Source: Myxococcota bacterium
GTDB lineage: Bacteria; Myxococcota; Kuafuiibacteriia; Kuafuiibacteriales; Kuafuiibacteriaceae
Length of the DNA stretch: 64,000 nt
Assembly (NCBI GenBank): GCA_039024635.1
Contig: JBCCQA010000021.1
Span: 16,942-80,941 of the forward strand
Direction: 5' to 3'
This document shows positions 17,854 to 27,662 of this stretch, in pieces; the first letter of the stretch is position 1, and each line of letters starts with the position of its first letter. The position numbers and the translations under genes are program-made. The notes under the pieces were generated by a model. The model was not told the DNA's origin. It searched no databases and worked only from the letters and a program-made list of their open reading frames with translations.

Positions 17854-18843
17854 CTACGCGCGTCGTCCGCCGCGTCCCCGAGGCAGCGTCCAGAAGAGGA
17901 ACTTCGCAGCTCCTACCAAACCCGCCCACTTTCCCACTACGACGGCGGCCGCCATGAGCTGAGCGTCTTCGGGCGAGCGACCCTTTTCGAGCTCCCCTTC
18001 TCTCACTTTCCGATAGAGGCGACGGTAGGCCAGCAGTGAGCTCATGCTGAGGCCCAAGGTGGGTAGGGCGGCCATGAACGCGAAGCTCGGAAGGGCCAAG
18101 CCGTACAGTCCGAGGGACGCCAACTGGCGGAGGTTCTCGGGGTCGCGATGGATCCATGCTCCTTGTGACCAGCTGTGTCCTAGTCGAACATTCCGGGTCC
18201 ACCACTGAGAGAAGGCGCTCATGTCGATGTCGTGAAACGCCATGTCGTCCGGGATGCGACGGGCCTTCCATCCCGCGCCCAGCGCGCGGCGATAGAACTC
18301 CTTCTCTTCTCCGGCCGGCATGTCTGGATTCTGACCGCCAGCGTCTCGCCAGGTCTCGACCCGCGCCATCATGTTGCCTCCTGATTCACGGATGTCTCCG
18401 ACGGGACCGTCCCACTCCATGTCCGCTAGTCGGTGATACGCGTTCCGCTCTCGCTCCCGCTCTCGAAGCCGTCCACATACGATCCCGTAGTCTGGATGCT
18501 GGGCGAGGAAGGTCTGGCCCGCGCGTAGCCAGTCGGGCGCAGGCTCGCAGTCTCCGTCGAGAAACATGACGTACTCCACTTCGGGGTGAGAGTCGGTCAG
18601 ATGCTCGAAGCCCGTGTTTCGACCGAGGGACGGCCCAAGAGGTCGGTCAGGACGGAGACGGACCACCTCGACGGCAGGATGGCGTTCCTCGACCAAGTCG
18701 GGGCTACCGTCGTGCGAAGCGCTGTCCACGTAGACGACTGGCACCTGCTCTTTGGAAAGTGCCTCCATCCCTCGGGCGAGCTGGGATCCCTCGTTTCGAC
18801 CGATCACCACCACGCCTACTTTGGGGAGCCCGGCGTCGATCAT
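17854..18843 (-). CDS. Family 2 glycosyltransferase (GT-A fold) with C-terminal membrane segment
   Basis: VVVIGRNEGSQL...YVDSASHDGS...FLDGDCEP DxD-type motifs. 329 aa. Confidence 0.65.
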   Translation of the reverse strand: MIDAGLPKVGVVVIGRNEGSQLARGMEALSKEQVPVVYVDSASHDGSPDLVEERHPAVEVVRLRPDRPLGPSLGRNTGFEHLTDSHPEVEYVMFLDGDCEPAPDWLRAGQTFLAQHPDYGIVCGRLRERERERNAYHRLADMEWDGPVGDIRESGGNMMARVETWRDAGGQNPDMPAGEEKEFYRRALGAGWKARRIPDDMAFHDIDMSAFSQWWTRNVRLGHSWSQGAWIHRDPENLRQLASLGLYGLALPSFAFMAALPTLGLSMSSLLAYRRLYRKVREGELEKGRSPEDAQLMAAAVVVGKWAGLVGAAKFLFWTLPRGRGGRRA

Positions 18844-19076
18844 GAGAGTGTGGGCAGAAATGCGAGCTCAGGGCCGCTGAAGGCTGGGTGGTGGGGAGTC
18901 ATCGACAGGCCTCCGCCAAGCGCTTCAGGCCACGTTTTAGCCCGTGCCCGGCAGGCTCTGAGCTTCGCCGTCCTGGAGGGTGTGGGGGGGGAGGACGCCA
19001 TCGGCGCCATCCATCATGGGCCAAAGGGCCATGCAAGTGGAAGCGCTAGACCGAGGTGTGGCTCTAGAGGAGCGCT

Positions 19077-19328
19077 TCAAGCTTCTCGGCTTTGAAGGGC
19101 TGAGCGAGGGTAAGGACTGCTGGAGGCTCGGTAGCTGCAAAGCCCCACATGCGAGTTGATGAGGAGGCCAGAAAACAGGTGCGAGAGGCGTTTGCTCAGG
19201 GTCCAGCCGTGCATGTCCGGCATCGAAGTCTCGACCAAGGTCACGTCGTGGGCGTCTGGTTGGGGGTGGAAGGCCTCCAGAGCATCGAGAGGGAACTCTA
19301 GGGCGGTCAAACTAGTGGCCGAGCAGAA
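19077..19328 (-). pseudogene. Fossil fragment of a response-regulator receiver domain (N-terminus missing, phospho-Asp position replaced)
   Basis: Translation ...ALEAFHPQPDAHDVTLVETSMPDMHGWTLSKRL resembles the receiver core (PDLVLLDxMMPGMDGxEL) but lacks the N-terminal DD pocket. An in-frame stop lies immediately upstream. Only a TTG start is available. Confidence 0.25.
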
Positions 19329-19592
19329 TCAGGAGTCGGCTGAGAAGCCATCGATCCCCAGCCTCGTCTTCCACCACCAGGACCCGAAGGGGTTTGCCGT
19401 TGGGATTCGCGTCGGGACCCGATGGCTGGGTCTATGTCGTACTGCCGACGCTCTGAAACAGGAGAGGAAGCCGGACATCGAAGCGCGTCCCCGAGCCTAT
19501 CTTGCCGTCACCTTCGATGACTCCTCCGTGCCTACGGCTGGTCAGCTGTGCCGCCTGGTGCGACGCCTTCCTGCCACACGGTCCGACCAGGC

Positions 19593-20477
19593 TCACTTGT
19601 TTGGGCGTCCGAACTCATCGGCGGACCGCAGGAGGTTGAGCGGCATTCGGAGCTGCCGGTGGCCTCGAGCGTCTTCTTTGGGCAGACGACCTGCATCGAT
19701 GTTCACTTGGACGCTTTGAAAGAGAAGTTTCGGAGCCGGCAGGCCGCTATCACGGCCTTGTCGCATGGCTACGAAACCTTCGGCCTCGGTCTCGGCTGTA
19801 AGCTGGATGTTCTTGGCCTTGGATTCTCCGATGGTGGTCTCGTAGGCCAGCGCCCTACCGTTTGGCTGATAATCGTGACCAACGAAGACACGCGTCGTGT
19901 CGGGAAGGGTGTAGAGCTTGTCCTGGATCGATCTGTAAAGGGCCTCGGCCGAACCTTTGGGAAAGTCGCAGCGACCCGTTCCGAAGTCCGGCATGAAGAG
20001 GGCGTCTCCCGTGAAGACTGCGTCGCCGATCACGTAGCTGACGCAGGCCGGCGTGTGCCCGGGGGTCTCCAAGACGCCGATGTCGAGCGAGCCGGCTTCG
20101 AGTCGGTCCCCCTCTTGCACCAGCCGGTCGAACTGAGACCCGTCGACCGGAAAGCTCTCCTCCAGGCTGAGCAGTTCCTTGAAGCCGGACTGGACCTCGG
20201 TGATCCGATGACAAATGACGATGGGGGCTTCGGTGACGCGACGTAAGAACTGCGAACCACTGAGATGATCGGCGTGCGCATGGGTTTCGAGAATGAAATG
20301 CGTGTCCAGGCTTCGGGCTTCCAGGAAGGCACGGACGGCCTCGACCGACGTCGTATCTGTATTTCCGGAATGAGGGTCGTAGTCGAGGACAGGGTCAATC
20401 ACGACCGCGTCCGAGCCATTGGACACGACATAGGTGATCGTGAAGGTAGGGGGATGGTAGAAGGCTTTGACGTCCAT
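19593..20477 (-). CDS. Persulfide dioxygenase-like metallo-beta-lactamase-fold protein (ETHE1/PDO family)
   Basis: HAHADH metal-binding motif plus downstream His/Asp ligands. 294 aa. Divergent from a FisR-like sigma54 activator and preceded by a -24/-12 promoter. Confidence 0.6.
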   Translation of the reverse strand: MDVKAFYHPPTFTITYVVSNGSDAVVIDPVLDYDPHSGNTDTTSVEAVRAFLEARSLDTHFILETHAHADHLSGSQFLRRVTEAPIVICHRITEVQSGFKELLSLEESFPVDGSQFDRLVQEGDRLEAGSLDIGVLETPGHTPACVSYVIGDAVFTGDALFMPDFGTGRCDFPKGSAEALYRSIQDKLYTLPDTTRVFVGHDYQPNGRALAYETTIGESKAKNIQLTAETEAEGFVAMRQGRDSGLPAPKLLFQSVQVNIDAGRLPKEDARGHRQLRMPLNLLRSADEFGRPNK

Positions 20478-20491
20478 GCCGCTGTAGTGAG

Positions 20492-20506
20492 CAACGCCCG
20501 TGCCAT
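20492..20506 (-). promoter_or_regulatory. Sigma54 (-24/-12) promoter for the PDO gene: TGGCAC-gggcg-TTGCT on the minus strand
   Basis: Plus-strand text is GCAACGCCCGTGCCA. Reverse complement fits the TGGCAC-N5-TTGCW consensus. ~15 nt upstream of the PDO start. Confidence 0.5.
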
Positions 20507-20596
20507 GAGCGTCTTAGCGCCAATGGTCGGAAGAGACGGTTCTGGAAAGGCCCCGTCGGTTGCTCGGCTGCCATCCCTGGCAGTATCTTTTTCTCC

Positions 20597-21931
20597 GTGG
20601 TGGCAGTTGGACAGCTGGGTTTGGAGCAACTGCAAAGCATCGACGAGCCCGCCATCCTGATCTCCACCGACTATCGGGTTTTGGCGGCCAACGAGGCGTA
20701 TAGGGCTCGATTCCCGGGCATGATCGAGCCCGGCGTCTCTCGATGCCACGGCGTTTCCCACGGCTACGACAACCCCTGTGACCAACACGGCGAGTCCTGT
20801 CCGCTCAAGAAGGCGGGAGTCTCCAAGCGAACCGAGCGGGTCTTCCACGTGCACCATGGACCAGAGGGTTTGGAGCACGTCGACATCAAGTTGGAGCCGG
20901 TCTTCGATGCTCGCGGCGACCTTGCCGGCTTCATCGAGGTCATCAAGCCGATAGAGATCGCCCAGGCCGAGCCTGCCAGCGGCTTCGTCGGGCGATCGAC
21001 CGCTTTCAGCGAAATGCTGGGTTTGCTGCAGCGCGGTGCATCGAGCGAGGTACCCATTCTGCTCTTGGGTGAGTCGGGTTCAGGCAAGGAGCTGGCGGCT
21101 AGGGCCGTCCACGACTCGAGCCCTCGGGCCGAAGGTCCCTTCGTCCCAGTCGAGTGCTCGGGGCTCAACGACGCTCTCTTCGAGTCGGAACTCTTCGGGC
21201 ACGTTAGAGGCGCCTTCACTGGCGCGACGGCGCCCAAGCCGGGCTTGATTGAGGCGTCGGTCGGGGGGACTCTCTTTCTGGACGAGATAGGTGACGTACC
21301 GCTGAGCATGCAGGTCAAGTTGCTGCGCCTGTTGGAGTCCGGCACCTTTCGCCGAGTGGGGGACGTAGCGCCCCAGCGGGCAGACTTCCGGCTCGTTTGC
21401 GCGACCCATCGAGACTTGGATCGGTTGGTGCAGCAGGGTGCGTTTCGCCAAGATCTCTACTTTCGAATCAACGCCTTTCCAATCCCGATGCCGAGCCTCC
21501 GAGATCGTCCGGATGACCTCGACTTGCTGAGCGCTTCCCTTCTCGAGGGCTCGGGCAAGCGTCTCTCCAGCGGAGCCTTGGCTCGCTTGAAGGCCTATCC
21601 CTTTCCGGGCAACGTACGCGAACTCCGCAATATCCTCGAGCGGGCGACGCTCCTGGCCGACGGCGAGTTCCTGTTCGAGGAGCACCTCCCCGACCACGTC
21701 CGCGGGGCCATCCATACAGAGGGCTCGGCAGAAGCAGTCGGACCGCCGCCCGGATGGCCGACCGCAATCGTGCCCTTGGAAGAGGCCATCGCCCACTACT
21801 TGCGGTGGGCCGAGGGCCAGCATCGAGGTGACCGGGTGGCCTTGGCCAAGCGTCTGGGATTAAGCGAGCGGACACTGTACCGGCGGCTTCGTTCGGCTGC
21901 CATGGCTGACGATTCTGTCAGTGATGACTGA
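20597..21931 (+). CDS. fisR: Sigma54-dependent transcriptional activator, FisR-like (Cys-containing sensory N-domain + AAA+ sigma54-interaction domain + HTH)
   Basis: GTG start. N-domain has C50-x10-C61-x6-C68 ([22 protein letters not shown]). AAA+ motifs GESGSGKE and GAFTGA. C-terminal HTH. Flanked on both sides by sigma54 promoters in front of sulfide-oxidation genes. Confidence 0.65.
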   Translation: MVAVGQLGLEQLQSIDEPAILISTDYRVLAANEAYRARFPGMIEPGVSRCHGVSHGYDNPCDQHGESCPLKKAGVSKRTERVFHVHHGPEGLEHVDIKLEPVFDARGDLAGFIEVIKPIEIAQAEPASGFVGRSTAFSEMLGLLQRGASSEVPILLLGESGSGKELAARAVHDSSPRAEGPFVPVECSGLNDALFESELFGHVRGAFTGATAPKPGLIEASVGGTLFLDEIGDVPLSMQVKLLRLLESGTFRRVGDVAPQRADFRLVCATHRDLDRLVQQGAFRQDLYFRINAFPIPMPSLRDRPDDLDLLSASLLEGSGKRLSSGALARLKAYPFPGNVRELRNILERATLLADGEFLFEEHLPDHVRGAIHTEGSAEAVGPPPGWPTAIVPLEEAIAHYLRWAEGQHRGDRVALAKRLGLSERTLYRRLRSAAMADDSVSDD

Positions 21932-21984
21932 CGTCCTCGGCGTGACGCCGCCCGTCATCTAGCGCCGGGGGGGACCCCGCAGCC

Positions 21985-22000
21985 TGGCCCATCGGTTGCA
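21985..22000 (+). promoter_or_regulatory. Sigma54 (-24/-12) promoter TGGCCC-atcgg-TTGCA upstream of the DUF1641-sqr operon
   Basis: Matches TGGCAC-N5-TTGCW with correct spacing. 13 nt upstream of ATG 22013. Confidence 0.55.
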
Positions 22001-22012
22001 GACGCACGGGTC

Positions 22013-22672
22013 ATGACCGCAGTGACTTCTCATCCCCCTTCGGGCCAAGAGGCGACGCTTGTCCGCATCGAAGCCCGGCTGGCCAGGATGGAGCGAGCTC
22101 TTCAACCCGTCGAGACCGTTGCCATCCAGGCTCCGCTTCTGATGGCCACCGTGACGGAGATGGCCGACGCCTTGGCTTCAAGGATGGGTGACGTCGACGC
22201 TCGGACCCAGTCCCTGGCCGACATTGCAGAGCGCCTGACCCGGCCTCAGACCATCGAGACGCTGAACCGGCTCCTGGAAATCGCCGAGGCGGCGCCCCAC
22301 TTGGTGGCCACGATGACCGATATGGCCGACGAAGCCATGGCTCAGTTGACCCAGCACGACATCCCGGTCGAGCACCTGGTCCAAATCGGTTCCGCCTTCG
22401 TCCAAGGGCTCGTCCGATTGGCCACGGCCCCAGAGGTTCGCCACTTGCTGGAGTCCGGCATGCTCAACCCGGAAGCTCTTGGCGCCTTGGGACGGGCCGC
22501 AGATGCCCTAGCCGAGGCTTCAAGCGCACCTCGGCGAAGAGTCGGCGCCTTCGGGGCCCTTCGGGCCCTCGGTCACGAAGATGTTCAATCTGCCCTCGGC
22601 TTCTTGCTCGAAGTCGCCCAGCGCTTTGGCGCCTCGAGGAACGACGACCGTGGCCTCCCCTCTGGAACCTGA
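22013..22672 (+). CDS. DUF1641-like protein (frequent companion of sqr)
   Basis: 219 aa, helical, Ala/Leu-rich. Position immediately upstream of the SQR gene in the same operon matches the conserved DUF1641-sqr pairing as I recall it. Confidence 0.4.
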   Translation: MTAVTSHPPSGQEATLVRIEARLARMERALQPVETVAIQAPLLMATVTEMADALASRMGDVDARTQSLADIAERLTRPQTIETLNRLLEIAEAAPHLVATMTDMADEAMAQLTQHDIPVEHLVQIGSAFVQGLVRLATAPEVRHLLESGMLNPEALGALGRAADALAEASSAPRRRVGAFGALRALGHEDVQSALGFLLEVAQRFGASRNDDRGLPSGT

Positions 22673-22686
22673 AAGGAAAGCTCAGA

Positions 22687-23871
22687 ATGTCTCATCACGA
22701 AATCCTCATCGTTGGCGGCGGAACCGCCGGAATCAGCGTCGCCTCGCGCATCATGGAAAGCTCTTCAACGAGCGATGTCGCCCTCGTCGAGCCGGCCGAA
22801 ATGCACTACTACCAACCTCTTTGGACACTCGTCGGGGGTGGGGTCTTCGATCGGGAGGACAGCGGCCGTCCCATGGCCGATGTCATGCCCAGCGGCGTGG
22901 ACTGGTATCGAAATAGGGTCTCCGGCTTCGAGCCCGCGTCGAATCAGGTTGAGCTCGATGATGGTCGTAAGCTCAGCTACGATATCCTGGTCGTAGCGGC
23001 AGGGATTCAGCTCGACTGGAACAAGATCGAGGGCCTCCCCGAGTCTCTCGGCACGAATGGGGTTTGTAGCAACTACTCCTACGACACCGTTCCATACACT
23101 TGGGAGCTCCTGAAGAACTTTACCGGTGGCGAGGCGCTCTTCACCTTTCCCAGCACACCCATCAAGTGCGCGGGTGCTCCACAGAAGATAATGTATCTGG
23201 CTGAGGAGACTTTCAGGCGCAACGGCGTCCGGAGCCGCACCCACGTCAACTACATGTGCGCGGCCGGTGCGATTTTCGGGATCCCGAAGTACCGAGCGGC
23301 GCTGGAGAGGATCGTGTCCAGTCGCGGGATCGACGCGGAGTTCAAGAAGGACCTCGTGGCCATCCGTGCTTCCGAGAAAGTGGCCGTGTTCAAAGACATG
23401 GACACCGGAGCCACCGAGGAACGGAACTTCGACATGATCCACGTGACGCCGCCTCAATCGGCGCCGGACTTCATCAAGCAGAGCTCGCTAGCCGGGACGA
23501 CGGGTTGGGTCGAAGTCGACAAGCATACGCTGCAGCACGAGCGATTCCCGAACGTCTTCTCCTTGGGAGACTGCAGCAACCTTCCTTGCTCGAAGACGGG
23601 GGCAGCCGTGCGAAAGCAAGCGCCGGTCCTCGTGGAGAACATTCTAGCCTATAGGACTGGAAGCGCGATGAGCGGGCACTACGATGGCTATGCCTCTTGT
23701 CCGCTGGTCACCGGCTACGGAAGGGTCATCCTGGCCGAGTTCGGCTACGAAGGGAAGGTCATGGAGACTTTTCCTTTCGACCAGGCGCAGGAGCGATACT
23801 CGATGTACGCGCTGAAGGCATACGGGCTACCTCAGATGTACTGGCACGGCATGCTGCGAGGCCGGCTTTGA
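22687..23871 (+). CDS. sqr: Type II sulfide:quinone oxidoreductase (SQRDL-like flavoprotein)
   Basis: N-terminal FAD fold IVGGGTAGISVA. Both SQR catalytic cysteines in their conserved contexts: PIKCAGAPQKIMYL and LGDCSNLPCSKTGAAV (compare the human SQOR Cys201/Cys379 motifs as I recall them). Confidence 0.75.
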   Translation: MSHHEILIVGGGTAGISVASRIMESSSTSDVALVEPAEMHYYQPLWTLVGGGVFDREDSGRPMADVMPSGVDWYRNRVSGFEPASNQVELDDGRKLSYDILVVAAGIQLDWNKIEGLPESLGTNGVCSNYSYDTVPYTWELLKNFTGGEALFTFPSTPIKCAGAPQKIMYLAEETFRRNGVRSRTHVNYMCAAGAIFGIPKYRAALERIVSSRGIDAEFKKDLVAIRASEKVAVFKDMDTGATEERNFDMIHVTPPQSAPDFIKQSSLAGTTGWVEVDKHTLQHERFPNVFSLGDCSNLPCSKTGAAVRKQAPVLVENILAYRTGSAMSGHYDGYASCPLVTGYGRVILAEFGYEGKVMETFPFDQAQERYSMYALKAYGLPQMYWHGMLRGRL

Positions 23872-23922
23872 AGAGCAGGGGGTGAAGATGTCGGGCTCGG
23901 CCGACCTCTTCTGGGCCCATGC

Positions 23923-24387
23923 TCAAGTCGTAGCGAGCTGGCGCTTGTTGCGATGGCAGATGGCGGAATAGGTCTCGGCGAAGTTTCGCGCCGCCTCGAC
24001 ATCCTGGGTCAGGCTGGGCGTCATGCACGCAATGTCGCTCAGTGAGATGACCCCGACTGGGCGTCCACCCGCGTCGACGACCGGCAAGCGACGTACCTTC
24101 TTGTCGGACATCATGTATTCCGCCGTTTCGATCTCGTCGTCCAAATGGCATGCAAAGACGGGCGTGGCCATCGCCGTTTCGACCACTAGCTCCAGGAGCG
24201 AGCGGCCTTGAGTGTAGGAGCCCATGCATATGTCGCGGTCGGTGATGATGCCGACCAAGAGGCCACGATCGTCGACCACCGGTAGAACGCCGCAGTCGTA
24301 GTCCCACATGAGCTGAGCCGCTCTATTCAGGGAGTCGGTCCGTCGACAGGTTCGGACCGGCTGGTTCATCAGTTGTTTCACGCGCAT
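23923..24387 (-). CDS. CBS-domain pair protein
   Basis: Two CBS repeats (VKQLMNQPVRTCRRTDSLNRAAQLM...GVLPVVDDRGLLVGIITDRDI and ...VRRLPVVDAGGRPVGVISLSDI). Start taken at internal Met MRVKQLM. Confidence 0.6.
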   Translation of the reverse strand: MRVKQLMNQPVRTCRRTDSLNRAAQLMWDYDCGVLPVVDDRGLLVGIITDRDICMGSYTQGRSLLELVVETAMATPVFACHLDDEIETAEYMMSDKKVRRLPVVDAGGRPVGVISLSDIACMTPSLTQDVEAARNFAETYSAICHRNKRQLATT

Positions 24388-25057
24388 GATTCTCGATTTC
24401 CTTTCAATGAAGCGTTGGTCCTCTGCCTCAGCAGAGCGCATGCCAAGTAGCCCGATTCGCCCATCGTTGATGATGACCGTGCGACGAAGCGCCGCCAGCT
24501 CTGGGGAGTCACCCGGAGGTTACGGCAGGAGACCTCGGCCGATGGTTCTGCGCAGAACGGCCCGCTTTGCATGAAGGACCTGCGTCCCATCAGTAGGGTC
24601 TTTCTGGTTGGTACGTCCATCTCGGGTGGGGTCAGCCGAGCGGCCGAGCATTCGATCACGTGGTTTTCGCAATCTATATTACGTAGCATTGGTCCATGTA
24701 TCTCTCGACGTCCAGACGAGTGCTCAAGACCAGGCCGAATGGGGTTGGCTTCGACGCTGCGGCCGCATCTGCTTAGATCCCAGCCCTGACGCCGACCATG
24801 GCTCAGCGCTCGCAATCAGCTACCATCTCCTCGCGATTCTACGGGCGGCCTTGGGCGTTCTGCCCTCCTCGTGCGCGGCGCTCGTCATGATGGCCAGCTC
24901 GGCCAGCGCGACCCTCAATGCGCTTCGTATCGGCACCGAGGCCGAGGCGACTTCCGGTCCCCGGGGCGGGGCTGGGGGCGCGGACGACGATTCGGATGCC
25001 GAGGTACGGCGGCTCGACGTGTAGCCGAATCATTCGGGCCGTGCGACGCTCGGCTCA

Positions 25058-26056
25058 ATGGGGGGAGAGGAGCTATTCGAGCGAGGACGAGCCGCCTGGA
25101 GATCGGGCCGCTTCTTCGAAGCCCACGAGCGATGGGAAGACGCGTGGCGGCAGGCTTCCGACCCCGCCTTCGTGGACGCTCTTCAAGGACTGATTCAGCT
25201 GGCGGCCAGCCTTCACAAGGCCAGCCGGAACGAAGAGAAGGGTCATGCGAAGCTCTGGGCCAAAGGGGCAGCCCGTCTCTCCAGAGCGGCACCCCGCCTG
25301 CCTGTACTTCATGACTTGGACGTGATGGCTCTGGCTTCTAGCTTGACGTCGGAACCACCGAGCCCAGACCAGCCTCCGAGTCTGGACGAAGCTCGTCCCG
25401 AGTTCGGAGTGGTGTATCTACATGGCTTCGGCAGCAGTCCCGACTCACCGAAGGCCCGGGCGATCCAGTCGGCCCTAAAGGACCATGGCATTCCGGTGGC
25501 GGCGCCAAGACTCGCTGAGCCCAACGAGTTCTTTGACTTCACCGTATCTCGGAGCCTGGGCCGGGCTCGCCATGCGCTCTTCTCTCGAACCCTCCTCGTG
25601 GGCTCCAGTCTGGGGGGTTGGACGGGGACTCTTCTGGCAACAACCGAGCCCAGGGTCCGGGAGCTCGTCCTCTTGTGTCCGGCCTTTTACTTCTCGGAGC
25701 GATGGCTAGAGCCGGCCAGACAGGTTGAGCTCGAAGCCTGGCGCCGAGAGGGTTGCCTCGACTTCGAGGTTGGGCACCCGGCGTCCAGGCAGGCCCTGGG
25801 CGTGGGCTTCCTCGAGGACGCGCTGGGCCACGAGGGCGGAGTCCAGCCTCCGGTGCCGACGATCGCGTTTCATGGTCGTCGTGACGAAGTGGTGCCGCTC
25901 TCGGACGTCGAAAGGGTTCTGGCCGGCGTCGACCTGGCCGAGCTGCGGGTCGTGAACGACGACCACGGTCTCCGGGACCATCTGGAGCAGATAGCCGCCT
26001 GCGTAGTCGAGCGAGCGCTGGCCCTCCAAGCCCAAGACGCCGAGTCAGGAAGCTAG
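25058..26056 (+). CDS. Fusion protein: N-terminal DUF309-like helical domain + YqiA/UPF0227-type alpha/beta-hydrolase (esterase)
   Basis: N-terminus ELFERGRAAWRSGRFFEAHERWEDAWR. C-terminal hydrolase motifs (VVYLHGFGSSPDS, GSSLGG nucleophile elbow). Confidence 0.45.
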   Translation: MGGEELFERGRAAWRSGRFFEAHERWEDAWRQASDPAFVDALQGLIQLAASLHKASRNEEKGHAKLWAKGAARLSRAAPRLPVLHDLDVMALASSLTSEPPSPDQPPSLDEARPEFGVVYLHGFGSSPDSPKARAIQSALKDHGIPVAAPRLAEPNEFFDFTVSRSLGRARHALFSRTLLVGSSLGGWTGTLLATTEPRVRELVLLCPAFYFSERWLEPARQVELEAWRREGCLDFEVGHPASRQALGVGFLEDALGHEGGVQPPVPTIAFHGRRDEVVPLSDVERVLAGVDLAELRVVNDDHGLRDHLEQIAACVVERALALQAQDAESGS

Positions 26057-26160
26057 TCGGGGCTGTCCGAGCCCGGGCGGGTTCGGCCCGGCGGGTTCAG
26101 AGCCCCGTAAACTCGGCTTCACTTGCCCATTCCCCCGCAAGAGCGTAGGCCCCGCCCCTC

Positions 26161-27651
26161 GTGGCCGAGCTAGACATCCATCCCTTCGGCGCAGTTCCGC
26201 CGCCTCTTCGCGCAGCGATGGAGCGTCGAGGCTTTAGGTCCTTGACTCCGGTCCAGCAGGCCGTGGTCCAGGAAGACATCGTCGGTCGAGACCTTCGCAT
26301 CTCGTCTCAGACCGGCTCGGGCAAGACGGTTGCGCTCGGGCTTGCCATCGCGCCCACCCTCCTCTCGGCGGAGGCTGCAGCAGGACCCAGGGTCCTGATC
26401 CTTGCCCCGACCCGGGAGCTGGCATCTCAAGTTGCCGATGAGCTCGGCGGCTTGTACGAAGAGCTTCGAGTCCAGGTGCAGGTCGTGACCGGCGGGACCG
26501 ACGCCTACCGAGAGCGTAGAAGCCTCCAGCGGGGCCCTGCCGTCCTGGTGGCGACTCCGGGACGATTGCTCGATCACCTTCGAGGCGGGGCAGTCGACTT
26601 GGCTTCGGTCGAACACGCGGTTCTGGACGAAGCTGACCAGATGCTCGACCTGGGATTTCGGGAAGAGCTGGACGCCATCTTGGAGCAGCTACCCACGGGG
26701 CGACGACTTCACATGGTCTCGGCGACCTTTGCCCGCCAGGTCCTCCGCTTCGCCGATGGATGTCAGCGAGAAGTCCTCCACTTGCAGGGTACTCGGCTCG
26801 GGGAGGCCAATACCGACATCGAGCACATCGGGCACTTGGTGCCGGCCACGGATCGACACCCGGCCTTGGTGAATCTGCTTTTGGCCGACGAGGCGAGCGG
26901 AGGGGGATCCTGGTTGGTCTTCGTCAGGACTCGAAACGACGCCACCCACCTGGCTGAGCTCTTGGTCGAGGATGGTTTTTCGGCCATGCCTTTCTCGGGC
27001 GAGCTATCCCAGCCCCAGCGAGAGCGGACCCTGAACGGCTTCAAGGCGGGGCTGGTCAAGGTCCTCGTGGCGACCGACGTTGCGGCTCGGGGCATCGACG
27101 TCCAGAACGTCTCCCGCGTGGTGCACTTCGAGCTTCCCCGGGACGTCGAGACCTTCACTCATCGCTCGGGTCGCACGGGAAGGGCCGGGCAGAAAGGGCG
27201 TTCCCTCCTCTTGGTTCCGCCCTCCCGGGAGCGAAGGGTCTGGGAGCTGGCCCGCAGGGCAAACATCGAGCTCGCCTGGCACCCTGTCCCCGACGCCAAG
27301 CGAATCGAGAAAGTTGCGATCAAGAAGACGCGGCGATCGCTCCAGAACCGACTTGCCAACGGTGAGGAGCTTTCGAGCAAGAAGATCGACTATGCGAGCA
27401 AGCTCCTGGGCGAGCATCCCCCTGAGACCCTGGTTGCGGTGCTGCTCGACATGATTCGGACGCCACTTCCGTGCGAGCCTTGGCCCATCAAGGCGATGGA
27501 GCCTCGAGGAAGCGGAGGTGCGGCCGAGCGAGCGGGCGAGGGCCGCAAACCGCGGAGCCGAGTGCGGCCTGGGCGAGGTCCAAAGCGTTTTGGTGCCCGA
27601 CCCCGAGCCGGTCGAAAAGGACCCCGCTCCGGGCGCCCCCGTCGCGGCTGA
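26161..27651 (+). CDS. DEAD-box ATP-dependent RNA helicase with Arg/Gly-rich C-terminal tail
   Basis: Motifs: GSGKT (Walker A), PTRELA, DEAD (LDEADQM), SAT, HRSGRTGRAG. Basic RG-rich C-terminus. Confidence 0.85.
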   Translation: MAELDIHPFGAVPPPLRAAMERRGFRSLTPVQQAVVQEDIVGRDLRISSQTGSGKTVALGLAIAPTLLSAEAAAGPRVLILAPTRELASQVADELGGLYEELRVQVQVVTGGTDAYRERRSLQRGPAVLVATPGRLLDHLRGGAVDLASVEHAVLDEADQMLDLGFREELDAILEQLPTGRRLHMVSATFARQVLRFADGCQREVLHLQGTRLGEANTDIEHIGHLVPATDRHPALVNLLLADEASGGGSWLVFVRTRNDATHLAELLVEDGFSAMPFSGELSQPQRERTLNGFKAGLVKVLVATDVAARGIDVQNVSRVVHFELPRDVETFTHRSGRTGRAGQKGRSLLLVPPSRERRVWELARRANIELAWHPVPDAKRIEKVAIKKTRRSLQNRLANGEELSSKKIDYASKLLGEHPPETLVAVLLDMIRTPLPCEPWPIKAMEPRGSGGAAERAGEGRKPRSRVRPGRGPKRFGARPRAGRKGPRSGRPRRG

Positions 27652-27662
27652 GTCCCTCCCGC

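Noticed and set aside
24378-24815. 145-aa minus-strand ORF and the 24608-25024 plus ORF
   Set aside because: Arg/Ser/Cys-rich, no domain signature, no RBS. The region is more likely a promoter or intergenic region between the CBS gene and the DUF309-esterase gene.
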